From contig CASDOR010000015.1 in assembly GCA_949282135.1 (NCBI GenBank), positions 8,773 to 72,772 on the forward strand: a stretch of 64,000 nucleotides of DNA, given 5' to 3'. The translations under genes were made by a program, and so were the position numbers. The notes beneath the pieces are model-generated. The model had not been told where the DNA came from. It saw nothing but the letters and a program-made list of their open reading frames with translations, and did not search any database. Of this stretch, positions 29,656 through 38,149 are shown one piece after another (within the stretch, counting starts at the first letter, position 1; each line of letters starts with the position of its first letter). Source of the DNA: an uncultured Christensenella sp. (GTDB lineage: Bacteria > Bacillota > Clostridia > Christensenellales > UBA1242).

Positions 29656-29773
29656 GGGGCGGGCGGTTTTTTGTAAAACTTAAGTTTTACAAAAAAGTGA
29701 TGCTTTGTTACCACAAAGCATCACCTTTTGTGCTTTTTTTAAAAAGAAAAAAGCACAAAACTCCGCCCGCCCC
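29656..29773. repeat. Four-way-junction element, copy 5
   Basis: GGGGCGGGCGG/CCGCCCGCCCC outer stem plus three hairpins. Confidence 0.85.
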
Positions 29774-29920
29774 ACTTTTCTTCTCCTACCCCTTTTTTCT
29801 TCCTCCTCTTTTTTTCTCTCCCCTACACCTGTTTTAAATTCTCACACAAAAATAGGTCATAATTAATGTTAAATTTTTCTCTTCTTTACAATAACAAAAT
29901 CCGCCTTATAAACCCACCTC

Positions 29921-30223
29921 TTATTTATTTTTAAGGTCATTTATAAGTTCAAAAAGTCTGTCTTTTTCTACTTCAAGTTCTTCATCACTCATCTTACTAA
30001 AGTCTTTTTCATTTTTAAGGCTTAGTAAAATCTTAATCGACTCAACATCAGGATTTGCCACTTTTACAGTAGTTTTGCAAGACTTAAGTCTCTTCTCTCC
30101 TTTTTCATCATACACATATTCACTAATCGACTCGCTAGACTTTGCCCCTTTAACAAGCCTAAGAAGTGCTTCAACCACAATTTCTATTTGCTTAGCATTT
30201 GTCAGTTTTTCCTCTTTTTTCAT
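29921..30223 (-). CDS. Putative terminase small subunit-like protein
   Basis: VEALL...KG...K.T.K...PDVESIKILL resembles the Firmicute phage TerS oligomerisation motif; adjacent to TerL. Confidence 0.6.
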   Translation of the reverse strand: MKKEEKLTNAKQIEIVVEALLRLVKGAKSSESISEYVYDEKGEKRLKSCKTTVKVANPDVESIKILLSLKNEKDFSKMSDEELEVEKDRLFELINDLKNK

Positions 30224-30550
30224 CTTCTTTTTTCACCTCTCTTTTGTTTTACTTAAATATTTTTCACATTTTTGTATTTTTCACCACATAAATTATAACT
30301 CGTCTTTTTACCTCAAAAACACCATATTTTATTGCCAGTACTATTCAAACCTTACTCTCATTCTAACACCCATGATTTGTCATTTTATCATAAAAACCTA
30401 CCCTTATTATGTCCAAAGTTTCACTTGGCCTTATTTAGTTACAAAAAAATCCGCTTACACTTACTCATTGCCTTATAGGCTGGTAAAGAGTTTCTTATAA
30501 CCCCTCTCTTTTTTACAAGTACTCTTTTTAGTTTTCACCTACCACAACTT

Positions 30551-31987
30551 CTATTCAAAACTTAAATGTCTACGTTTATTTTTTAAAATCATACTTTCTT
30601 TGTATTTTTCAAGCCTTGTTTTTTTTCGCTCATGCGCGGCAGGTCTTGTCATAAGATAATACCTAAGTTCATCCAAACTATGGTCATCTTTTTTTACTGG
30701 ATTATCTCCCCCTCCCCAAAAATATGATTTAATTTCTCTTATCATGTTTACACAGTTCTTAAAAATAAAAAGCCTACTTACCCCGTCTGCATTTTTAAGA
30801 TAACTCTTCACAACCGCTATTCCAGAAAAGAGGTCTTTATTGACTTTAGTGTTTACATTTATGCCCCTTTCATTAAATAACTCTGCCACACTCTTTATTC
30901 CATTTAAAGTCCTTTGCCCTGCCGCGCTATCTATTAGTGCTGAATACTTATTAAATCCGTCAACTTTCCAATTGAGCTCGCTACAAATCTCTTTTATTTT
31001 GTTTGCATGATAATCAATATCTCTATTCTTTTCGTAGTGCTCGCGAATAACATAAACATTTCCATCAAAGTCAACCGCGTACCAGTGACAAGCTAAAGGA
31101 TTATTAAGCCCCGGGTCAATTGATATGTTGTCATACCACTCTTTTGGTACATTAAAAGGCTCAATTACATTTACATTTTCGTCAAACTCACTATACACTA
31201 GCCCACTTGACAAAACAAATCTCCCATACTTTCTACTTTCGAGTTCTTCACTTGACATGCTCTCACTAAAAAACTTAATTTCCTTTCTATCTAAAAACGG
31301 ATTGTCCTCCCAGGTCATTGTCTCATACCAAACTTCACTGCTGTTTTTGTCGTTTAAATAAATCTCATTATATACCCAGCTAAGCCCCTTAAGTGGTGTC
31401 ATAGTTCCAAAAATGTCCCCCTGTTTATCTAAAACTCTCATGCGACACTCCATGTATATTTCTTCGTCAGGCTCTTCGTCAAACCACACATAATCAAGAC
31501 TTGCCCCTTGAAATTTTTCTCTTCCCTGGTCACAACTCTTAAAACCAATTGTCGACACCCCACCAAACACATTTTTTATTTTTATGTAGTCTATAACTCC
31601 GCTTTCTGGGTAGTCTTTCTTCCCCTGTTGCATAACAACCTCAACAATCCACTCTTTTTTAAGGTAATGTAAAATCTTTTTTTGTGCGACATCTCTTTGA
31701 ACTTGCCTTGATAAACTTACAACCCACCCTATCGTGTCTCGTTTATTTTTTCTAAATGGATGACAACCCCTTGCCATATATACAGTCTCAACCGCTCCGC
31801 ACTCAGTCTTTCCCGTTCTATTTCCGCCAAACACCCAGCGGTTACGCTTTTTGCACTTGTGAAATTCAAGTTGTTTTAAATGTTTTATTTCTCCTCTATT
31901 ATAATTAAATAAGGCATCTTCCTCTTTTCTCTTTTTAAGCTCTAGGTAAAGTTTTTGAAGTCGGTCAACAAGCTTAAATTTTTCCAT
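30551..31987 (-). CDS. Phage terminase large subunit
   Basis: Walker A GGNRTGKT, Walker B VWFDEEP, motif C TMTP, nuclease IDPG and DDHSLDELRY. Confidence 0.93.
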   Translation of the reverse strand: MEKFKLVDRLQKLYLELKKRKEEDALFNYNRGEIKHLKQLEFHKCKKRNRWVFGGNRTGKTECGAVETVYMARGCHPFRKNKRDTIGWVVSLSRQVQRDVAQKKILHYLKKEWIVEVVMQQGKKDYPESGVIDYIKIKNVFGGVSTIGFKSCDQGREKFQGASLDYVWFDEEPDEEIYMECRMRVLDKQGDIFGTMTPLKGLSWVYNEIYLNDKNSSEVWYETMTWEDNPFLDRKEIKFFSESMSSEELESRKYGRFVLSSGLVYSEFDENVNVIEPFNVPKEWYDNISIDPGLNNPLACHWYAVDFDGNVYVIREHYEKNRDIDYHANKIKEICSELNWKVDGFNKYSALIDSAAGQRTLNGIKSVAELFNERGINVNTKVNKDLFSGIAVVKSYLKNADGVSRLFIFKNCVNMIREIKSYFWGGGDNPVKKDDHSLDELRYYLMTRPAAHERKKTRLEKYKESMILKNKRRHLSFE

Positions 31988-32294
31988 GTCTTTTCTTCCC
32001 TCCTTTTGTTTGTTTTTTTACCCTTTCCTTCTCCTTTTTTTTAAAAAAACTTTCAATTTAAATAGGTCTTAAGTTACAAAAAAATAAATGCTAACTAGTT
32101 TAAATTTTAAGCAACTTGACAATAATTAAGTGGCGAAAAAAATTTTAATATTTTAAAAACTTCACCTTATTTATGATAATCTATAAAACCTCTAAACTTC
32201 ACAAAATATTGTTTTTTTTGCCAAACTTTTTGTAGCTAAATAGAATACAATTACTTTGACCAACAGACGATTAAATAAAAGGAGAAATTTACGT

Positions 32295-33134
32295 ATGAAA
32301 GTTAAAAATAGGTTTTTAACTTTTATTTTTATATGTTTACTTGTTTTGTCTCAAAACTGGCTTTTATTTTTTAGTATAAGTACAAATGCTTACGCAAAAC
32401 TTACTACCTTTGTCTACGCACGAGTAAACATGCCGGGAGTTAATTTATATAAAACAACCAACCCAACAAGTAGTAATGTCTACTTTGAAATTCCAAAAAC
32501 TTACTTTGTTTTACTTATTGCCGATTTTAACGAATTGTTTTATAAAGCTCAGTATAGAGATGTCGTAGGCTACGTTTTAAAAGACGAGGTCATCCCAGTT
32601 AAAGAGACTCCTAATTCCCCATATTTAGAGGACCACTCAGTTTACGTTTTTTCAAGGGATGGACTAGATATAATGTCGTCCCCAAATGAAAGTGCTTATA
32701 TAGTGACAACTACTGACCTTTATGACGACCTATCTTACTACGGTGAAAGACAGGGCTATGAAAAGGCACAAGGACGAGGAGAAACCTGGTTTTATGTCAA
32801 AACAAATAATGGAACTTTTGGTTATGTCTATGCAGGACTTTGCGAAAGTGACAACATAATTACCGAAAATACCGAAGTCACGACCGAAGTAAAAGACCCT
32901 TTTCTTGATAACGACTCCTCTTATCTATATAATCTTGTAGACCTGCCAGCTGGTCTCAAAATCCTTTTAATATCTCTTGTGATTTTACCAGCAGTTATTT
33001 TGCTATTTTTAATGTTTAGACCAATTCTCTTAGAAAAATACTTAAAATCAAAAAGCCCAAAAGTTACTAAACGTGAACGCAAAAACAAAACTATCAAACA
33101 AATTCAAGAACTCACTGACGATAGTAGCCTTTAG
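32295..33134 (+). CDS. Exported protein with SH3b-like segments and C-terminal TM helix
   Basis: Signal-like N-terminus; YKAQY....GYV and WFYV.....GYV motifs; TM plus basic tail; AAGGAG SD. Confidence 0.7.
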   Translation: MKVKNRFLTFIFICLLVLSQNWLLFFSISTNAYAKLTTFVYARVNMPGVNLYKTTNPTSSNVYFEIPKTYFVLLIADFNELFYKAQYRDVVGYVLKDEVIPVKETPNSPYLEDHSVYVFSRDGLDIMSSPNESAYIVTTTDLYDDLSYYGERQGYEKAQGRGETWFYVKTNNGTFGYVYAGLCESDNIITENTEVTTEVKDPFLDNDSSYLYNLVDLPAGLKILLISLVILPAVILLFLMFRPILLEKYLKSKSPKVTKRERKNKTIKQIQELTDDSSL

Positions 33135-33323
33135 TGTTCGTTAGCGTCTTTTTTAGCACGTATCACCCCTCGCGTACTTTTTTATTAACACTAAGTAATA
33201 AAGCTTTCATACTATAGTTATCTAGCCTTAAATCAAACTTAAGTCTTCTAACCTTTTTTAGAATAATTTTACAAATAATTTCTTTAGAGATTATACCTCT
33301 TTTTATGTATTAGTCTCGCTTTT

Positions 33324-33362
33324 ACCTCTTTTTTGGCTTAATTTTGTGCCAAAAAAAGAGGT
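33324..33362. terminator. Inverted repeat / bidirectional terminator
   Basis: ACCTCTTTTTTGGC...GCCAAAAAAAGAGGT between convergent genes. Confidence 0.65.
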
Positions 33363-33380
33363 TAGAGACACTTCAGAATA

Positions 33381-33959
33381 CTAAATCTTTCTTAATTTCC
33401 TTATTATAAACTCGCAAATTAAGTCACCTTTTAAATCAATATCTCCACCTTTATTTTTGAACTCTGACACGTTGTTTAAAATGTCAGTTAAAAGCATCTC
33501 TCCAAAAATTTCTTTTGACACCTCCCTGTTTTCTACTATTTTTTTAAAAAAATGTCTTTTAAATAAGTCAAGTGCTCTTGTTATTTTTCTGTAAAATCCC
33601 CTTTCGCTTATATTAAACAACTTTAAACAAGTATCTTTTTTTAAATTGTCAATATATCTTGCACTGATAAGCCTAATGTCAGTGTCTGAAAGTAAATTTA
33701 AACTTTCATCAATAAAAAGTTTAAGATTAATTAATGCCACCTTTTTATTTGTTAGTCTTATTATCTTTTCCCCATTTTCTTCTATATGCGTTAATTCAGG
33801 CAAGAAAATAGTGGCGCTTGCTTTTGCCACAACTAAAGAATCAATGCTACTAGCAATCTTTGGCAAAAGAGAATAAGCTGATAAACAGATTTTACATAGT
33901 TCTAAAAAATTATCTTCATTATTTGTTGTTGTTAATTTCTCATTTGTTAATTCTTTCAT
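33381..33959 (-). CDS. ArpU/RinA-like phage late transcriptional activator (sigma-70 region-4-type HTH)
   Basis: IDESLNLL...D..LI.ARYID...ISERGFYRK..RAL pattern. Confidence 0.6.
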   Translation of the reverse strand: MKELTNEKLTTTNNEDNFLELCKICLSAYSLLPKIASSIDSLVVAKASATIFLPELTHIEENGEKIIRLTNKKVALINLKLFIDESLNLLSDTDIRLISARYIDNLKKDTCLKLFNISERGFYRKITRALDLFKRHFFKKIVENREVSKEIFGEMLLTDILNNVSEFKNKGGDIDLKGDLICEFIIRKLRKI

Positions 33960-34598
33960 TTTTTGCCCCCTTTACTTCATACAATTTACTCTTTATAATG
34001 TGACAATCCATGTCCACTTTAAAAGAAAATTTTATATAATCTTAGTATTTTTTGCCTATTTATAAGTTTTTTTGTCATTTTTCCAACTAGTCTTTAAAAC
34101 TCTTTTTTATGTAGTAAAAAATTATATTAAAATAAAATATTTGAGTTTTATTTTTATTTTTTATAACTCAGCTTACCTCTCGCCCTTAAAATATATTTTT
34201 AAACCTAAAAGACACTCGCTAAAAAAATTTTTCTATTCTTGCCCACTTTTTAGACTTAAAATATATATCTGATTCTTTGTAATTTAAAGCATAGTTAGTT
34301 TTTATTTAGTACCTCCTTTATTTTTTCTACCTATTTTAATTGTGAAATACCTCTAACCTCTTTTTCAAATTTTACCGGCAACTTTTTTGCTATTTTATTT
34401 TTTTTAGTTATAAATTAGTCCTTGTCTTTATAAATATGCTTTTATTTTTTTACATAAAATAGCTTACCATTTTTGTAAAAACCTCTTTTTTAAAGTATAA
34501 GAAAAATAAAAAATAAAAAGGTAAAAATAAATTTCTACCCTCTGTTATTATTCTAAAATTCATTCTACACTACATAAACTAGTTCTTCTGTCAAACGT

Positions 34599-34733
34599 GC
34601 GGGCTCCCCTCGTTGTAAAATTTCAATTTTACAACGAGGGCGGAGGTGCGAAGGGGGGGGAGGCACAAGCCTCCCTCCCCCCCTTCGCCCGCTCCGCCTT
34701 TTTGTTGCAAACCTGCAACAAAAAGGGACCCGC
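34599..34733. repeat. Four-way-junction element, copy 6 (closest to copy 4)
   Basis: GCGGG/CCCGC outer stem; CTCGTTGTAAAAT/ATTTTACAACGAG; long G/C hairpin; CTTTTTGTTGCA/TGCAACAAAAAG. Confidence 0.85.
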
Positions 34734-34979
34734 CCTCCTTTCATCCCTGAATCAGTGTCTCCCTCCTCACCCTTATTCTTTCACCCACCCCATTTTACTT
34801 CCTTTTTTTATAAGGATTATATTATGATAAATTTTTATAACTAAATAATTATAAGCATCAATAACTTATTATTTATAACTATTTATTTATCGCTAATTAT
34901 TTATAACTATTTATCACTAATTATTTATAATTTTGTATTTAGCTATTTTTTACAACTATTATTTGTCTCAAAAAAACCT

Positions 34980-35627
34980 TTATGCTCTCTCTTCTTTTTG
35001 AGGACAGTCTAACTCATCAACACTGATTTTATTAACAGAAATTTCATACGCAGTTTTAGTAATTGTATCAAAATCATTTAACTTCTTTTGATACTCTCTA
35101 CTTTGTATTCTACCAACTAAGTTAACTTTTTGCCCAACCTCTAAGTCTCTTGCAAACCTCGCATTTCTTCCCCAAACAATACAAGGAAGATAATCCGACT
35201 TATTATATGCCCTATTAACGGCAATAAGTATGTCACAAATTTCCCTTCCAAACGGTGTCATCCTAAAAACTGGCGCTTTACAAATGTAGCCAGAAAGTTC
35301 AACAATATTTGGATTCATAGTATCGTCAAGCTGAATTATGTTTCTAACAAAAACATTTAAAATGAGTTTACTTTTGCCCTCTTCCAGCTTATTAAAACTC
35401 CTAAATTGCCCTTGAATACTAATCTCTTTTCCTATCTCAAAATCTTGGTGATAAAGAAGTTTTTCAGAAATAATAATTGGAATTATGTCATAGTTATTTG
35501 ATAGCCTTTCAACTCTCAGTTTTAATTCATAAAACCCTTCACCAAAGGCTTCATGACTAAATTCCAAACTTGATACAACCTCTCCTTTTAAAAAAACTTT
35601 GTTGTTTTCCATTAATTCGTAATTCAT
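34980..35627 (-). CDS. ssb: Clostridial double-OB-fold single-stranded DNA-binding protein
   Basis: NNKVFLKG, RLS...DIIP, R.TPFGREICD, DYLPCIVWGRNA, GRIQSREY. Confidence 0.9.
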   Translation of the reverse strand: MNYELMENNKVFLKGEVVSSLEFSHEAFGEGFYELKLRVERLSNNYDIIPIIISEKLLYHQDFEIGKEISIQGQFRSFNKLEEGKSKLILNVFVRNIIQLDDTMNPNIVELSGYICKAPVFRMTPFGREICDILIAVNRAYNKSDYLPCIVWGRNARFARDLEVGQKVNLVGRIQSREYQKKLNDFDTITKTAYEISVNKISVDELDCPQKEERA

Positions 35628-35692
35628 CTATTTTTCTCCTTTTTGTTTTTTTAAGTTTTTACAATTTTTTATTTTTTTAATCTAAAAATACT

Positions 35693-36472
35693 TTAAGCAC
35701 AACTCACTTGCCTGCCTGTATTATCAATTGTGTAGTTTTCCTTTAAAAGTAAATCACTTACCTTTACAAATTCATACCCTCGAGCTTTTAAAACTCCAAT
35801 TACGCTCGGCAACGCCTCAACAATATGGTCTGCGTTGTTGTGACAAAGTATAATTGACCCAGACCCCACTTTCTTTAAAATGTTGTTTGAAATTGTACTT
35901 GCACTAATACCCTTCCAATCAAGACTGTCGACATCCCACTGAATAGTTTGAAGTTTTAACTCCTCAGATATACTTATTACATTATTATTATATGACCCAA
36001 AAGGTGCTCTAAATAATGTCACCTCTTTTTGCGTAATATTTTCAATTTTAGCCTTTGACTGTGAAAGCTCAAGCCTAATTTGACTATCTGACAACTTCAC
36101 AAAGTCCGGATGTGTATTGCTATGAGTTCCTATTTCAAAGCCCTCGTCACTAATCTTTTTTGTGAGTGCCTCGTTTTTATCAACCCACATACCGACTAAG
36201 AAAAAAGTCGCAGTTATGTCCTCTTCTTTTAAAATTCTTATTATGTCCTCTGTTTTATCACTCCCCCACGCGGCATCAAAAGTTATTGCAATTTGCTTAT
36301 TATTATTTTCAGTACAATAAATTGGTAGTTTCCTTTTTTGTGATAGAAAAACGCTTCCGAGTTTCTCTTCGTCATTTAAAGGTAAAGTTAGCATACATAA
36401 GCACAAAAACATAAATGCCATAAATAAAATTAAACTAGACTTGATAACAATAAATGTATTACGCCTTTTCAT
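35693..36472 (-). CDS. Polysaccharide deacetylase, PdaB-like (sporulation)
   Basis: ITFDAAWG, ATFFLVG.W, HSNTHP, FRAPFG, WDVDSLDWK, GSIILCHN; N-terminal TM. Confidence 0.9.
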   Translation of the reverse strand: MKRRNTFIVIKSSLILFMAFMFLCLCMLTLPLNDEEKLGSVFLSQKRKLPIYCTENNNKQIAITFDAAWGSDKTEDIIRILKEEDITATFFLVGMWVDKNEALTKKISDEGFEIGTHSNTHPDFVKLSDSQIRLELSQSKAKIENITQKEVTLFRAPFGSYNNNVISISEELKLQTIQWDVDSLDWKGISASTISNNILKKVGSGSIILCHNNADHIVEALPSVIGVLKARGYEFVKVSDLLLKENYTIDNTGRQVSCA

Positions 36473-36719
36473 ATTACACCCTTTTGAACCTTGTTATTTG
36501 GTAGATTTTAGCCCTTTTTGTCAAAAAAACAAAAAAACTTCTAATAAATATCTACGAAATTTTAGACGAGTTTATAACTAAAAAGTTTGTCGTAACATAA
36601 ATAAAAAAAACTACAACTTTAAAAACATAATAACTAAAAGACTCTATACGCAAGACTAAAACACACAAAAACCCCATCACAAACTGATAGATTTCTATCT
36701 TACCCTTTTCTTCCCCTCT

Positions 36720-37110
36720 CTTTATTTTTTTAAAACAAAAGTCAAAAAATTTAAAAACCCTTAAAAATATAAAAAAATATCATAATATAAATTAAAAAAT
36801 TCAAAAAACCTAAAAAAACATAAAAAATGCTATCATAAAAGTCAAAAAAATTCAAAAAACTTTTAAGAATCATAAAAATTCTATCATAATAGCTCAAAAA
36901 CCCATTAAAATCATAAAAAAAACATTATAATAGGTCAAAAAACCTAAAAATTCATAAAAAATGCTATCATAATAGTCAAAAAAATTCAAAAAACTTTTAA
37001 GAATCATAAAAATCCTATCATAATAGCTCAAAAACCCATTAAAAACATAAAAATCCTATCATAACAGGTCAAAAAATCCATTAAAATCATAAAAAACCTA
37101 TCATAAACTG
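36720..37110. repeat. A-rich degenerate ~35-45-bp tandem repeats (CTATCATAATAG...CATAAAAA)
   Basis: Directly visible. Confidence 0.7.
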
Positions 37111-37219
37111 ATAGATTTTTGTATTATTTGTTTTTTTTATTTTTTAAAACAAGTCTTTTAGCTAAAAAGACCAACGCCTACTTAAATAGAAATTAAAAAA
37201 GCCTAAAATCACAAACTAT

Positions 37220-37753
37220 TCAATTTGATTTAAAAAGTTGTTGGATATTAGGATCTAGAATTATCACCTTAGCGTTTTTCTTGTAGGCATAATTTATTGT
37301 GTTCTTAGTGCCACCCCCACCACCTCTATAACATGCGACAACCACACTTGACGAGTCCACCATAAACTTATTCCTATCAAGCATGCAACCATCATAATAC
37401 TCGTTTGATAAAACCACCTTGTCATCACAATTTGTAACCAAACTATTATATTTTGCCTTATATTTTTCTCCCCACCTATCACTTTGCGTAAGACAAGGAA
37501 TAACAGCAATAACCCGAATCAAAAATGCATCTTTATCACGCATTTCTTGTAAAACCTCAGCCCCAATCATATCAAAGCCGAGCGCCATACCAACAAGAAA
37601 ATTTTTTATTCCCTTTTGAACTAATTTTTTAAAGACCTCTTTTAGGTCCTTTTTAAAACTCACACATAACTCGCTCTCTTCATTATACCCCCAAGGAAGT
37701 CCTTTTGGTCTATGCCCAGTTAGGCAAGCTGTTACCTCTTTATCTAATTCCAT
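37220..37753 (-). CDS. SLOG-superfamily (DUF1273/YpsA-like) protein
   Basis: TGHRP, GMALGFD, RNKFMVD.S, GGT.NTI.YA. Confidence 0.88.
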   Translation of the reverse strand: MELDKEVTACLTGHRPKGLPWGYNEESELCVSFKKDLKEVFKKLVQKGIKNFLVGMALGFDMIGAEVLQEMRDKDAFLIRVIAVIPCLTQSDRWGEKYKAKYNSLVTNCDDKVVLSNEYYDGCMLDRNKFMVDSSSVVVACYRGGGGGTKNTINYAYKKNAKVIILDPNIQQLFKSN

Positions 37754-38149
37754 TTTTTATCCTTTTTTGTTTATAATAAGGTTTTTTAGTTCGAAAAATC
37801 TAAAATTTTATGCCTTCTTTTCTTTTATCTTCTCTCTTTTTTTAAAACCAACAAAACTACTAAGAAAATATAAACTTAACTTCGACCTATTATAGCCTTT
37901 TTTCACTAGAAAATCACTTTAAAACTTGCTCTAGAAAATAAAAACTTATTCGCTTTTTAAACCCATAATCTTAGTTTAAAACAAACCCAACCAATAAGCA
38001 AACAAAAAAACCATTTTAAAATTATTATGATAATAAAAAGTTTATTTAAGACACTTATAAATATAATTTGTTTTTAAAGCTTTTTCACTAAGCACTATGT
38101 AACACAAATGCCATTTTTTGTCAAAGTTTTCTTTATAAATTACCTAAAA

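Noticed and set aside
13036-33959. Intact inducible prophage
   Set aside because: No integrase, replication or immunity genes, and essential host genes lie in the middle
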